A DNA stretch of 64,000 nt from an uncultured Gemmatimonadales bacterium (GCA_963708135.1 OY970192.1:1376001-1440000); one strand, 5' to 3'. Shown: positions 42,332-52,745, counted from the stretch's first letter. Notes: generated from the sequence alone by a model not told the origin. Translations and numbers: made by a program.

Positions 42332-42520
42332 GCCGCGCGCCCGTCCGCTTGCGGGACGGGTTGGATGGTTGGACAGCCCGTGGCGGCGCCCTCCCTGACA
42401 CGGCCTCCGCGTCCGCTCCGGGCCTGCTTCCGCAATCGCTGGTGCCCCGCCTGCCCCGCCGCCCCGCGTTGACCCGTGCCCCCCCGCGGCGGTAGTTTGT
42501 TCCGCTCTCTGGGAGGCACG

Positions 42521-43405
42521 ATGATCCGAAGCATGACGGGGTTCGGCAGCGCCGAGCAGGTGACGGCCGTAGGCCGCCTGCGCGCGGAGGTGAGGACCGT
42601 CAACCACCGCTTCTTCAGCCCGCAGGTGCGCCTGTCGCCGGCGCTCGAGCGCTTCGAGCCGCAGGTCCGGGAATGGCTGCGCGCCTACCTGCCGCGCGGG
42701 CACGTCACGTGCGCCCTCAGGCTCGATCAGGAGCGTGCGGACGAGGCGGCCGGCGTGCGGCTCGATCTGCCGCGGGCGCGTGCCTACCACCGCGCGCTGC
42801 GTGAGCTGAAGGAGGCGTTCGACCTGCCCGGGGAAGTGGACCTGGCGCTCCTCGGCCGGTTCGGCGACCTGCTCGTCCCGGCCCCGCCCGAGCCCGTCGA
42901 AGTACCGGAGGAGGACGTACGGACGGTGACGGAAGGCGCGGCGCGCGCCGCGGCGGCCATGCGCGAGGAGGAGGGGCGGCGGCTGCTCGCGGACCTGGAG
43001 GAGCGGCTGCGTGGCATCGAGGCGGCCCTGGAGCTGATCTCGGAACGTGCCCCCCGACGGCTGGAGGCGGAGCGCGACCGGCTCCGCTCTGCCATCGCGG
43101 ATCTGGTGGGCGAGATCGGGGTTGATGAGGAGCGCGTCGTGCGGGAGGTGGCGTTCATGGCGGAGCGGTGGGACGTGAGCGAGGAGCTGGTCCGGCTCGC
43201 GTCGCACATCTCGCTCTTCCGCGAGACCGTGGAGAGCGATGCGGTGGAGCCGGTAGGAAAGCGGCTGGGCTTCCTCGTCCAGGAGATGCACCGGGAGACC
43301 AACACCATCGGCTCCAAGGCCAACGACGCCCCCATCGAGCACCAGGTGATCGCCATAAAGAACGAGGTCGAGCGGCTGCGAGAGCAGGTCGAGAACGTGG
43401 AGTGA
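42521..43405 (+). CDS. yicC: YicC/YloC-family endoribonuclease
   Basis: MIRSMTGFG, VRTVNHR, DVSEELVRL, QEMHRETNTIGSKAN, REQVENVE; promoter candidate TTGACC-18 nt-TAGTTT at 42469-42498. Confidence 0.94.
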   Translation: MIRSMTGFGSAEQVTAVGRLRAEVRTVNHRFFSPQVRLSPALERFEPQVREWLRAYLPRGHVTCALRLDQERADEAAGVRLDLPRARAYHRALRELKEAFDLPGEVDLALLGRFGDLLVPAPPEPVEVPEEDVRTVTEGAARAAAAMREEEGRRLLADLEERLRGIEAALELISERAPRRLEAERDRLRSAIADLVGEIGVDEERVVREVAFMAERWDVSEELVRLASHISLFRETVESDAVEPVGKRLGFLVQEMHRETNTIGSKANDAPIEHQVIAIKNEVERLREQVENVE

Positions 43406-44052
43406 GCGTGGCCTGCCGTGCCTTCCCCGTCGTGATCGCCGCACCGAGCGGGGCAGGGAAGACGTCTCTCGCGCACGCGCTCGTGGCGCGTCACGCGGAC
43501 CTCGTTTTCTCGATCTCCGCCACCACGCGGGCCGCGCGTTCCCACGAACGTGCCGGGATCGATTACATTTTCACGGATGAGCCCGGCTTCGAGCGCATGG
43601 TCGCGACCGGCGAGCTGCTCGAGTGGGCGGTCGTCCACGGCCGCCGCTATGGCACGCCGCGCAGCGCGGTCGAGAGTGCGCTGGCCGGCGGGCGGAGCGT
43701 CCTGCTCGACATCGACGTGCAGGGCGCGCGGCAGGTCCGCCGCGCCTTCCCGGATGCGGTGCTTATCTTCATCCTCCCGCCCTCGGCCGAGGAGCTCCAC
43801 CGCCGCCTCGCGGGGCGGGGCAGCGAGGGCGGATCGGAGCTGCGGCGGCGCCTGGAGAACGCGCGCGCCGAGCTCGCCTGCGCGGACGAGTTCGATTACG
43901 TGGTGGTGAACGACGAGTTCGAGCGCGCGCTCGGCGCGCTCGAGGCGATCCTGACCGCCGAGCGGCATCGCTGGCGCCGCGCGGCGGACGGCGCGCAATG
44001 GATCGGTCGCCTGGAGGGCGATCTTGCAGACATCCTCAGCAGGAGCGAGTAA
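43402..44052 (+). CDS. gmk: Guanylate kinase
   Basis: APSGAGKTS, SISATTR, YGTP, LDIDVQGA. Confidence 0.96.
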   Translation: MSVACRAFPVVIAAPSGAGKTSLAHALVARHADLVFSISATTRAARSHERAGIDYIFTDEPGFERMVATGELLEWAVVHGRRYGTPRSAVESALAGGRSVLLDIDVQGARQVRRAFPDAVLIFILPPSAEELHRRLAGRGSEGGSELRRRLENARAELACADEFDYVVVNDEFERALGALEAILTAERHRWRRAADGAQWIGRLEGDLADILSRSE

Positions 44053-44055
44053 CCC

Positions 44056-44271
44056 ATGCAGGTATTCACGCCGGGAGAGACCGCGAAGGCGGCCAAGAGC
44101 AAGTACCTCGGTGTCCTCGTCGCGGCCAAGTACGCGCGAGAGCTGAACGCGCTGCCGCGGGAGGCCGTTCCCGCCGGGCTGGAGAAGAAGCTGACCACCC
44201 GGGCGCTGGAGGCCATTACCGGCGGCGAGATCGAGTTCGAGATCACCAAGCGGCACGTGCGCGGAGCCTAG
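44056..44271 (+). CDS. rpoZ: RNA polymerase omega subunit
   Basis: SKYLGVLVAAKYARELN..KLTTRALE; located between gmk and coaBC. Confidence 0.85.
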   Translation: MQVFTPGETAKAAKSKYLGVLVAAKYARELNALPREAVPAGLEKKLTTRALEAITGGEIEFEITKRHVRGA

Positions 44272-44278
44272 GCGGTCC

Positions 44279-45517
44279 ATGGGCGGGGCGGCGCTGGCCC
44301 CGCGGCGGCCGTGGCGCGGGCGCCGCGTCGTCCTCGGCGTGAGCGGCGGGATCGCGGCGTACAAGAGTGTCCAGCTCGCGCGCGACCTGACGCGGCTCGG
44401 GGCCGAGGTGGATGTCGTCCTGACCCGGGCCGCAGGCGCGTTCGTGGGCGCGCTCACCTTCGAGGCGGTGACCGGCCGCCGCGTGCACGCCAACATCCTG
44501 GCGCCCGGCTACGCGCTCGACCACATCCGCATCGCCCGCGAGGCCGATGTGGTGTGCGTCGCCCCCGCGACCGCCGACCTGCTCGCGCGCGCCGCCCACG
44601 GCGAGGCGGGGGACATGCTCACGGCGGTGCTGCTCGCTACCCGCGCGCCCGTGCTGCTCTGCCCGGCCATGAACGACCGGATGTTCGCCCATCCGCAGAC
44701 GCGGGCAAACCTGCGTCATCTTTCGGATGCTCTCGGCTACCTGATCGTCGGCCCGGCCACGGGGCCGCTCGCCTACGGAGAAGGGGAGGGGCCTGGACGG
44801 CTCGAGGAGCCCGGGACCATCCTGGAGCACATCGGGCGTGCGCTCGCGGGGACCACGGTGCTCTCCGGCCTGCGCGTCGTCGTGACCGCCGGACCGACGC
44901 GGGAAGCGGTGGACCCGGTGCGGTTCCTGTCCAACCGCTCGTCGGGCCGGATGGGCTTCGCGCTGGCGGCGGCGGCCTGGCGCCGCGGCGCCGACGTCCG
45001 GCTGATCGCGGGACCCACGGCCATCGCGCCGCCGGATGGACCGGAGCTGATCCGGGTGGAGAGCGCCGCCGAGATGGAGAGCGCCGTTCGCGCGGCGCTG
45101 CCGGAGGCGGATGTGCTGCTCATGGCCGCCGCGGTCGCCGACTTCCGGCCGTCACGCGCGGCCCCGCAGAAGCTGAAGAAGGAGACGAACCTGGACGCCC
45201 TGCCGCTGGAGCCGGCTGCCGACATCCTGCGTGCCACCCGCGACGCTCGCCGGCCCGGCATGCTCGTCGTCGGATTCGCGCTGGAGACGGAGAACGCACG
45301 TGCGAACGCGCGCGCCAAGCTGGAATCGAAGGGGTTGGACCTCGTGGTGCTGAACGATGCCACGGAGCCGGGCGCCGCCTTCGAGGTGGATACCAACCGG
45401 GTCACGATCCTGGCACGTGAGGGCGGGGAGGAGCCGTTGCCGCTGCTCTCGAAGGACGAGGTCGCGGAGGCGATCCTCGACCGCGTCGAGGCGCTGCGGG
45501 CGCGGCGGGCGTCCTGA
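44279..45517 (+). CDS. coaBC: Bifunctional phosphopantothenoylcysteine decarboxylase/ligase
   Basis: GVSGGIAAYK, PAMN, TAGPTRE..DPVRFLSNRSSGRMG, AAVADF, GFALET. Confidence 0.96.
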   Translation: MGGAALAPRRPWRGRRVVLGVSGGIAAYKSVQLARDLTRLGAEVDVVLTRAAGAFVGALTFEAVTGRRVHANILAPGYALDHIRIAREADVVCVAPATADLLARAAHGEAGDMLTAVLLATRAPVLLCPAMNDRMFAHPQTRANLRHLSDALGYLIVGPATGPLAYGEGEGPGRLEEPGTILEHIGRALAGTTVLSGLRVVVTAGPTREAVDPVRFLSNRSSGRMGFALAAAAWRRGADVRLIAGPTAIAPPDGPELIRVESAAEMESAVRAALPEADVLLMAAAVADFRPSRAAPQKLKKETNLDALPLEPAADILRATRDARRPGMLVVGFALETENARANARAKLESKGLDLVVLNDATEPGAAFEVDTNRVTILAREGGEEPLPLLSKDEVAEAILDRVEALRARRAS

Positions 45518-46342
45518 ATGCTCGACCGTACGCTCCTTCTCCGCTACCTGCGCCAGCGCGCCGAGCTCGGCGAGCGAGACCTGTTCCTGGACGAGCTGAG
45601 CGCCGCCGAGGTGGTTCGGCTGCTCGGCGGCGCGGACGGCCCGGGGCGGGACTCGGCTCGGCCGGCGCCGAAGGCCCGGACTGCCGCGAAAGCGGCCTCG
45701 GCCGCTTCGGTTCCGCCCGCACGGGCAGTGGCCTCCGCGGCTCTTTCAGCCGCGCCGGGCCGGTCGGCGGAGCCGGTGTCCGCGGGCGCGCAGCCGCTCC
45801 GCGTTCTTTCGGTCGAGGCCGCGGAGTGCACGCGCTGCAGGCTGCACGAGGGGCGCCGCAACGTCGTCTTCGGGGAGGGCAGCGCGTGCGCGCAACTGGT
45901 CGTGGTCGGAGAGGCGCCGGGCGGGGAGGAGGACCGTACGGGGCGGCCCTTCGTGGGGCCGGCCGGCAAGCTTCTCGACCTCCTGCTACTGAGCGCCGGC
46001 TTCGCGCGCGAGCGGGTCTACATCTGCAACGTGCTCAAGTGCCGGCCGCCGCAGAACCGCAACCCGCTCCCGGACGAGGTGGAGCAGTGCGCGCGCTATC
46101 TGCGGGCGCAGCTGGACGTGATCTCGCCCAGGGTGCTGCTTGCGGCCGGCAAGTTCGCCGCGCAGAGCCTGGCCGGCAGTGAACAGAGCATCGGACGGCT
46201 GCGCGGCCGCATACACTCGTACGCAGGGATTCCCCTGGTCGTGACCTACCACCCCGCGTTCCTGCTGCGCAGCCCGCAGTGGACGCGCACGACGTGGGAG
46301 GACTTCCAGCTCGCTCGCAAGGTGCTCGATGAACAGGCGTGA
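45518..46342 (+). CDS. Family 4 uracil-DNA glycosylase (Fe-S)
   Basis: CTRCRL, GEAPG..ED..GRPFVG, KCRPPQNR, YHPAFLLR. Confidence 0.92.
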   Translation: MLDRTLLLRYLRQRAELGERDLFLDELSAAEVVRLLGGADGPGRDSARPAPKARTAAKAASAASVPPARAVASAALSAAPGRSAEPVSAGAQPLRVLSVEAAECTRCRLHEGRRNVVFGEGSACAQLVVVGEAPGGEEDRTGRPFVGPAGKLLDLLLLSAGFARERVYICNVLKCRPPQNRNPLPDEVEQCARYLRAQLDVISPRVLLAAGKFAAQSLAGSEQSIGRLRGRIHSYAGIPLVVTYHPAFLLRSPQWTRTTWEDFQLARKVLDEQA

Positions 46343-47717
46343 AGCTTCGGGCGTGGCGACGATGCCCGCCCCCGACCGTCAGCCGCCCTACGCGGCGGAG
46401 GCCGAGATCAGCGTGCTCGGCGGCATGCTGATCGATGGCGATGCCGTGGCCAAGGCGGTGGAGGTCGTCGACGAATCGATGTTCTACCGCGAGGCCAACC
46501 GGCGCGTCTACCGCGCGATGGCCCGGCTGTTCGAGCGCGGGCAGGTCATCGATCCGGTCACGGTCAGCGAGGAGCTGAAGAAGACGGAGGAGCTGGATGT
46601 GGCCGGTGGGATGGCCTACCTGTCCGATCTCCTCGACGCCGTGCCGACGGCCGCCAACGTCGAGTACCACGCGCGCATCGTCCGCGAGCGGGCGCTCCTG
46701 CGCCGGCTGATCGAGGCCTCTTCGCAGATCATCCGCGACTCCTACGAAATCGGCGAGAAGACGGTCGAGGAGATCCTGGACGAGTCGGAGCAGCGCATCT
46801 TCCAGGTCGCGCAGTCGCACGAGCGCGAGGGCTTCGTCTGGATCAAGCGGATCCTCTACTCCGCGTTCGAGCAGATCGAGAAGTGGCAGGCGGTCAAGGG
46901 TGGCATCACCGGCGTCCCGACCGGCTACACCGACCTCGACGAGATGACCGGCGGCTTCCAGCGCGGCGACCTGGTCATCATCGCCGCGCGCCCGAGCATG
47001 GGGAAGACCTCGCTCGTGACCGGCATGGCGCTGCACGCCGCCATCGCGCACCAGACGCCCGCGGCGATCTTCTCCCTCGAAATGTCCAAGGACCAGATCG
47101 TCCAGCGCATGCTCTGCCACGAGGCGCTCGTGGACCTCGGCCGGCTCCGTCGCGGCCGCCTCTCCGACGACGACTTCGTCCGCCTGGCCCAGGCCGCCGG
47201 CCACCTCAACACCGCGCCGATCTGGATCGACGAGTCCGGTTCCCTGAACGTGCTCGAGATGCGCGCCAAGGCCCGCCGCCTCAAGGCGGACCAGCCCGAG
47301 ATCGGCATGATCATCGTCGACTACATCCAGCTCATGCAGTCCTCCGGCAAGTCCGAGAACCGGCAGCAGGAGGTGAGCGACATCAGCCGCGGGCTCAAGT
47401 CGCTGGCCAAGGAGCTCAACGTCCCGATCATCGCCCTGTCCCAGCTGTCTCGCGCTCCCGAGCAGCGCACCGACCACCGCCCGCAGCTCTCCGACCTGCG
47501 CGAGTCCGGCTCGATCGAGCAGGATGCCGATCTGGTCATGTTCCTGTACCGCCCCGAGCGATACGTTACGGACATGGAAGCGGAGGAGAAGGGCATTGTC
47601 GGCCGTGCCGAGCTGATCATCGGCAAGCAGCGCAACGGGCCCACCGGCACGGTCGAGCTGTTCTTCCGGAAGGAATGCACCCGCTTCGAGTCGTTCACCC
47701 GCCGCGAATCGCCGTAG
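46329..47717 (+). CDS. dnaB: Replicative DNA helicase (start may be ATG 46362)
   Basis: AARPSMGKT, FSLEM, VDYIQL, LSQLSR, DLRESGSIEQDAD, KQRNGPTG; no intein. Confidence 0.98.
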   Translation: MNRREASGVATMPAPDRQPPYAAEAEISVLGGMLIDGDAVAKAVEVVDESMFYREANRRVYRAMARLFERGQVIDPVTVSEELKKTEELDVAGGMAYLSDLLDAVPTAANVEYHARIVRERALLRRLIEASSQIIRDSYEIGEKTVEEILDESEQRIFQVAQSHEREGFVWIKRILYSAFEQIEKWQAVKGGITGVPTGYTDLDEMTGGFQRGDLVIIAARPSMGKTSLVTGMALHAAIAHQTPAAIFSLEMSKDQIVQRMLCHEALVDLGRLRRGRLSDDDFVRLAQAAGHLNTAPIWIDESGSLNVLEMRAKARRLKADQPEIGMIIVDYIQLMQSSGKSENRQQEVSDISRGLKSLAKELNVPIIALSQLSRAPEQRTDHRPQLSDLRESGSIEQDADLVMFLYRPERYVTDMEAEEKGIVGRAELIIGKQRNGPTGTVELFFRKECTRFESFTRRESP

Positions 47718-47739
47718 CGCCCGCCGGCGCGCTCCCGCC

Positions 47740-49116
47740 ATGGCGAAGGTCCGGACCGTCTTCTTCTGCACCCAGTGCGGCAACGAGGCCCCGCGGTGGC
47801 AGGGCCAGTGCGCGGCCTGCGGCGAGTGGAACACGCTCGTCGAAGAGCCGGCCGGCGGACGGCGCCGCAAGGCGACGTCTTCCCCCGCTGGCCACCGCGC
47901 CGCCGCGCCGGCCGCGGCGCCGATCCGGCTCGCCGACGTCGATGGCGGCGCCACGGCCCGCTGGCGCACCAGCCTGGACGAGTTCGACTTCGTCCTGGGG
48001 GGCGGCCTCGTTCCCGGCTCGCTGATCCTGGTCGGCGGCGAGCCCGGCATCGGCAAGAGCACCATCCTGCTCCAGTGCGCGGCGCGGCTGACCGCGGCGG
48101 GCCGGGCCACGCTCTACGTGTCCGGCGAGGAGAGCGCGGCGCAGGTCCGGTTGCGGGCGGATCGCCTGGCGGGTGGCGCCGGCGACGTCGCCTTCGTGGC
48201 GGAGACGGAGCTCGAGCGGATCCTGGCCCACGCGGAGTCGGCCGCGCCCGCGGTCCTCGTCATCGACTCCATCCAGACCGTGTTCACGACCGAGCTCGAG
48301 GGCGCCCCCGGCAACGTGGGCCAGGTCCGCGAGTGCGCCGCGCGCCTGCAGCGGTTCGCGAAGGAGACCGGCACGGCCATCTTCCTGGTCGGCCACGTGA
48401 CCAAAGGCGGGGTCGTGGCGGGGCCCCGGACGCTCGAGCACATCGTGGATACCGTCCTCTACTTCGAGGGCGCGGGCGGCCTGGATCACCGGGTGCTGCG
48501 CGCCACCAAGAACCGCTTCGGCGGCGTCGACGAGATCGGCGTCTTCCGGATGACCGAAGCCGGACTCGAGCCGGTGGCCAACCCGTCCGAGCTCTTCCTC
48601 GGCGAGCGCACGCGCGGCGTGAGCGGCGCCGCCGTGCTGGCCACGCTCGAGGGAACGCGCCCGCTGCTGGTCGAGGTGCAGGCGCTCTGTGCGCGCGCCA
48701 GCTACGGCGCGCCGCAGCGGGTCGCCACCGGGTTCGATCGGCAGCGCCTGTCCCTCCTCCTGGCGGTGCTCGAGAAGCGCGCCGGAATCGGCTTCGGCCA
48801 GATCGACGTGTTCCTGAACGTCGCTGGCGGCGTCCGCATCGCCGAGCCCGCCGGCGATCTGGCCGTGGCGGCCGCCCTCGCGTCCAGCGTCTTCGACCGC
48901 GCCCTGCCCGCCGACGCCGTCTTCCTCGGAGAGGTCGGGCTCGGCGGCGAGCTGCGGGCCGTCGGGCAGGTCGAGCGGCGGCTCGCGGAGGCCGCGCGGA
49001 TGGCGTTCCGGCGCGCGTTCGTGCCGAGCCGTGCCGTGCCGCCGCGGGTGCCCTCCGGGCTCGAGGCGGTCGGCGTCGGCTCGCTCGGCGAGCTGCTGGG
49101 GAGGCTGTTTCCGTGA
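47740..49116 (+). CDS. radA: DNA repair protein RadA/Sms
   Basis: C4 zinc finger, GGEPGIGKST, KNRFG. Confidence 0.97.
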   Translation: MAKVRTVFFCTQCGNEAPRWQGQCAACGEWNTLVEEPAGGRRRKATSSPAGHRAAAPAAAPIRLADVDGGATARWRTSLDEFDFVLGGGLVPGSLILVGGEPGIGKSTILLQCAARLTAAGRATLYVSGEESAAQVRLRADRLAGGAGDVAFVAETELERILAHAESAAPAVLVIDSIQTVFTTELEGAPGNVGQVRECAARLQRFAKETGTAIFLVGHVTKGGVVAGPRTLEHIVDTVLYFEGAGGLDHRVLRATKNRFGGVDEIGVFRMTEAGLEPVANPSELFLGERTRGVSGAAVLATLEGTRPLLVEVQALCARASYGAPQRVATGFDRQRLSLLLAVLEKRAGIGFGQIDVFLNVAGGVRIAEPAGDLAVAAALASSVFDRALPADAVFLGEVGLGGELRAVGQVERRLAEAARMAFRRAFVPSRAVPPRVPSGLEAVGVGSLGELLGRLFP

Positions 49117-49805
49117 TCACGGGCGTCGGCGTCGTGCTCGCCGCGGCCGGCTCCGGTCGCCGTCTGGGTGGCGCCCGCAAGCAGTACCGGGAGATCCTCG
49201 GCGTGCCCGCCCTGCTGCGCGCCCTGCGGCCGTTCCTCGATCATCCGGCGGTCGAGGCGGCCGTCGTCGCGCTGCCGCCCGAAGACGTGGCCGAGCCGCC
49301 CGGCTGGCTGCGCGGAATCGATTCGCGCGTCACGCTCGTGGGTGGGGGAGCGGAGCGGGGGGACTCGGTGCGGGCGGCGGTAGAGGCGCTCCCCCCTGGG
49401 ATCGCCACGGTCCTCGTCCACGACGCCGCGCGGCCGCTCGTGACCACCGCCCTGATCGAGCGCGTGCTCGGCGCGCTCCGCGAGGGGAGCGGGGATGGCG
49501 CGGTCGCTGGCCTGCCCGTGGCGGACACGATCAAGGAGGTCGACCCGACCGGCGCCGTCCTGTCCACGCCCGAGCGCTCCAGGCTGCGCGCCGTGCAGAC
49601 GCCGCAGGGATTTCCGCGCGCGGTGCTGCTCGAGGCCCACGCCCGGGCGCGGGCCGAGGGAATCGTCGCAACCGATGACGCCGCGCTCGTCGAGCGCTAC
49701 GGGGGACGGGTCATGGTGGTCGAGGGCGATCCGGACAACCTGAAGATCACCACCGCCCGCGACATTGTCATCGCGGAGGCGATCCTGAGGGCGAGGGGCG
49801 GGTGA
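49113..49805 (+). CDS. ispD: 2-C-methyl-D-erythritol 4-phosphate cytidylyltransferase
   Basis: AAGSGRRLG..KQY, VHDAARP, QTPQGF, TDDA, NLKIT. Confidence 0.95.
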   Translation: MITGVGVVLAAAGSGRRLGGARKQYREILGVPALLRALRPFLDHPAVEAAVVALPPEDVAEPPGWLRGIDSRVTLVGGGAERGDSVRAAVEALPPGIATVLVHDAARPLVTTALIERVLGALREGSGDGAVAGLPVADTIKEVDPTGAVLSTPERSRLRAVQTPQGFPRAVLLEAHARARAEGIVATDDAALVERYGGRVMVVEGDPDNLKITTARDIVIAEAILRARGG

Positions 49806-50461
49806 GCGCGCCGGTGATGGTGCCGTTCGCGGATCCCGCCGCCCGCGCGCAAGCCGCGGGACGTGTGGCGAACCACCTCCGGGCGGGAGGGCTGATCGCA
49901 TATCCGACCGAGACGGTGTACGGGTTCGGGTGCGCGCTGCGGGCACGGGCGCTCGCCGCACTCGGCGCGCTGAAGGCCCGCGACCGGGACAAGCCGTTCC
50001 TTCTTCTCGTGCGCGGCCGGCGCGATGTCGAGGGACTCCGCTGGTCGTCCGCCGCCCGCCGGCTCGCCGATGCGTTCTGGCCCGGGGCGCTCACCCTGGC
50101 CCTGCCGGCCGGCTCTGCACGGCTGCCGGCGCCGGTGATCGGGGCGGAGGGCGCCGTGGCGGTGCGTGCCTCGCCCCACCCCGCCGTGCGTGCGCTGCTC
50201 GATGCGCTGGGGGAGCCGATCACGTCGACGAGCGCAAATGCGCCCGGCCAGCCGCCGGCCGCCTCCGCGGCGGGGGCGGCCCGGGCGCTGGAGACGCTCG
50301 GCGGCATGGATGTCTGGGTCCTGGACGGAGGAAGCTTGCAGCCATCGCCGCCCTCCACCATCGTCGATTGCTCGGCGTCGCGCCCGCGGGTGCTGCGGGT
50401 GGGCGCCATCCCCGTGGAGCGCTTGCGCGAGGTCGTCGCGGAGATCGATGAGCGAAGCTGA
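49802..50461 (+). CDS. tsaC: Threonylcarbamoyl-AMP synthase (YrdC/TsaC)
   Basis: YPTETVYG, K.R..DKP, FWPGALT, STSAN, PSTIVD. Confidence 0.92.
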   Translation: MSAPVMVPFADPAARAQAAGRVANHLRAGGLIAYPTETVYGFGCALRARALAALGALKARDRDKPFLLLVRGRRDVEGLRWSSAARRLADAFWPGALTLALPAGSARLPAPVIGAEGAVAVRASPHPAVRALLDALGEPITSTSANAPGQPPAASAAGAARALETLGGMDVWVLDGGSLQPSPPSTIVDCSASRPRVLRVGAIPVERLREVVAEIDERS

Positions 50462-50993
50462 ACTGCCGGGATCCGACGAGACACGCGAAGATCCCCTGGA
50501 GCGACTCCCGACGGGGAGCGCACCCGCCACCTACAACCTCCTCTTCGTGTGCACCGGCAACACGTGTCGGAGCCCGATGGCGGCCGCGATCACGCGCCGG
50601 AAGCTGGAGGATCGCGGCTGGACGCAGGTGGCGGTCGCGTCCGCGGGCGTCGGTGCGGCCGAGGGGCTGCCCGCCGCGCAGAACGCCCTGGCGGTGACGG
50701 CGGTCCACGGCCTCGACCTGTCCGCTCACCGCTCCACTCCGCTTTCCCCCCACATCGTCGCCTGGGCGGACCTCATCCTCGGAATGGCGCCGGCCCACGT
50801 GGAGGGAGCGGTGCGTATGGGCGGAGCTGGACGAGCGGCGATGCTCACGGACTTTCTGGGCGGCCCGCTGGCGGGGCTTCCGATCGACGATCCGTTCGGC
50901 GGGAGCGAGGCCGAATACCGCTCCGCGTTCGAGCAGCTCGATGCGGCCATCGAGGCCGTGCTCAGCCGGCTCGAGCCGATCCTCGCACCCTGA
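50448..50993 (+). CDS. Low-molecular-weight protein phosphatase, YwlE-like (probable arginine phosphatase)
   Basis: P-loop CTGNTCRSPMA, SAG, IDDPFGG. Confidence 0.85.
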   Translation: MSEAELPGSDETREDPLERLPTGSAPATYNLLFVCTGNTCRSPMAAAITRRKLEDRGWTQVAVASAGVGAAEGLPAAQNALAVTAVHGLDLSAHRSTPLSPHIVAWADLILGMAPAHVEGAVRMGGAGRAAMLTDFLGGPLAGLPIDDPFGGSEAEYRSAFEQLDAAIEAVLSRLEPILAP

Positions 50994-51005
50994 GCGAGCG
51001 CACCC

Positions 51006-51854
51006 GTGCCCACTCCCAGCGCGGCCACCCGCCTCATCACCCTCCTCGGCGACCCGGTGGCGCATTCCCTCTCGCCGGTGATCCAGAACGCGGCCTTCCG
51101 TGCGGCCGGCGTGGACGGCGTCTACCTCGCGCTCCGCTGCGACGAAGCGGAGGCGCCGACGCTGCTCCGCGCCCTGGCCCACGCGGGCGCGGCCGGCAAC
51201 GTGACCCTGCCCCACAAGCGACGTGTCCTGGACGCGCTCGATGAACGCACGCCGGCGGTCGAGCGCACCGGGGCCTGCAACACCTTCTGGCTCGAAGCTG
51301 GTCGGATCCTCGGCGACAACACCAATGTGGCCGGCTTCGCGGCCGCCGTGCGCGCGCTGATCGGGGCGCCCGCGGGGGCTCGCGTGCTGCTGCTCGGGGC
51401 CGGCGGCGCCGCGCGCGCCGCGCTGCTCGCCCTGCTGGAGGCTCGCTCCGATGCCGTCGTGCTGCTCAACCGCACCCGCGAGCGGGCCGAGACGCTTCGC
51501 GATGCGTTCGACCCGCAGCACCGCCGCGTGCGGGTTGCCGCGGATGCTGCGGAAGTCCGGCGGGAGGGATTCGATCTCGTCGTGAACGCAACCTCCCTCG
51601 GGCTCCACGGCGACGACCCGCTCCCGCTCGATCCGGCGCACGTCCACCGCGCGGGCGCCGTTCTCGACCTGGCCTACGCCCCCGGCGGGACGGCGTTGGT
51701 GCGCCGCGCCCTGGCGCTCGGGCTGCCCGCCCGCGATGGCCGGGAGATGCTCCTGCACCAGGGCGCGGCCGCGTTCCGCCGCTGGTGGGGGCGGGAGGCG
51801 CCGCTCGACGCCATGCGCTCCGCGCTCGAGGCCGCCGCCGGCGACGACGCCTGA
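51006..51854 (+). CDS. aroE: Shikimate dehydrogenase
   Basis: GDPVAHSLSP, NVTLPHK, GACNT, GAGGAA, NATSLG, MLLHQG. Confidence 0.93.
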   Translation: MPTPSAATRLITLLGDPVAHSLSPVIQNAAFRAAGVDGVYLALRCDEAEAPTLLRALAHAGAAGNVTLPHKRRVLDALDERTPAVERTGACNTFWLEAGRILGDNTNVAGFAAAVRALIGAPAGARVLLLGAGGAARAALLALLEARSDAVVLLNRTRERAETLRDAFDPQHRRVRVAADAAEVRREGFDLVVNATSLGLHGDDPLPLDPAHVHRAGAVLDLAYAPGGTALVRRALALGLPARDGREMLLHQGAAAFRRWWGREAPLDAMRSALEAAAGDDA

Positions 51855-51980
51855 GCCCGGCCGTTCCCGCCATTCCCGCGCCCCGGGCCGCCCGCCACCC
51901 TGGAGGGCGTGTCCCACGTCCCCCTTCGCCCCGATCCCGCGCCGACGTCCCATCGACGCGCACCGGCGCGGCCGCCGCCG

Positions 51981-52745
51981 GTGCTCGCCCTCGCGGGGGT
52001 GCGCTCCGCGCTCCTGGACCTGGTCTTCTCGCCCGTCTGCCTCGGGTGCGACGCGCCGATGGAGGGGGGAGAGGGAAGCCGCCTCGTGTGCGTCTCCTGC
52101 CGCGCGCGCCTGGCGCCGCTACCCGGGCCGGTGTGCGCGCGCTGCGGCGCGCCGCGACTGGAGACCGGCCGCCTCGCCGGGCCGCGCTGCGGAGAGTGCG
52201 GTGAATGGCCGCCAGCGCTCAGGTCGGCACGTTCGGCGTGCCTTCTCGCGGCCCCCGCGGACCGGCTCGTGCATCAGTTGAAGTACCGCGGCTGGCCCGC
52301 GCTCGCCGGACCTCTGGCGCGGCGCATGGCGGAGGTCCCGCTCCCCGAGGATGTCGTCCGGGAAGCACGCATTGTGGTGCCCGTCCCGACTACCCGGGAA
52401 CGGCTGCGCGAACGGGGCTATAATCAGGCGGAACGCCTGGCGGCCGCCTACGCGTTCCGTACCGGCAGGCGGCTGGTCCCGGCCCTGGAGCGCGCCGGCT
52501 CGAGGCGCTCCCAGACCATCTTGCAGCCCGCCGCGCGCGGGGCTAACGTGGCCGGCGCGTTTCGGATCTCGGAGGTCGCCGGATCGGCCGTCCGCGGGGA
52601 GCACGTGCTGCTCGTGGACGACGTGCTGACCACCGGCGCCACGGTCGTAGAATGCGCACGCACGCTCGTCACCGCGGGCGCGCGCTGCGCCAGCGTGATC
52701 ACGTTCGCCCGCGCATGGAGCATCCGCCGGGCGCCAGGAACCTGA
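51981..52745 (+). CDS. comF: ComF-family phosphoribosyltransferase-like protein with zinc ribbons (start uncertain, 51909-51999)
   Basis: Four CxxC pairs, [25 protein letters not shown]. Confidence 0.88.
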   Translation: MLALAGVRSALLDLVFSPVCLGCDAPMEGGEGSRLVCVSCRARLAPLPGPVCARCGAPRLETGRLAGPRCGECGEWPPALRSARSACLLAAPADRLVHQLKYRGWPALAGPLARRMAEVPLPEDVVREARIVVPVPTTRERLRERGYNQAERLAAAYAFRTGRRLVPALERAGSRRSQTILQPAARGANVAGAFRISEVAGSAVRGEHVLLVDDVLTTGATVVECARTLVTAGARCASVITFARAWSIRRAPGT

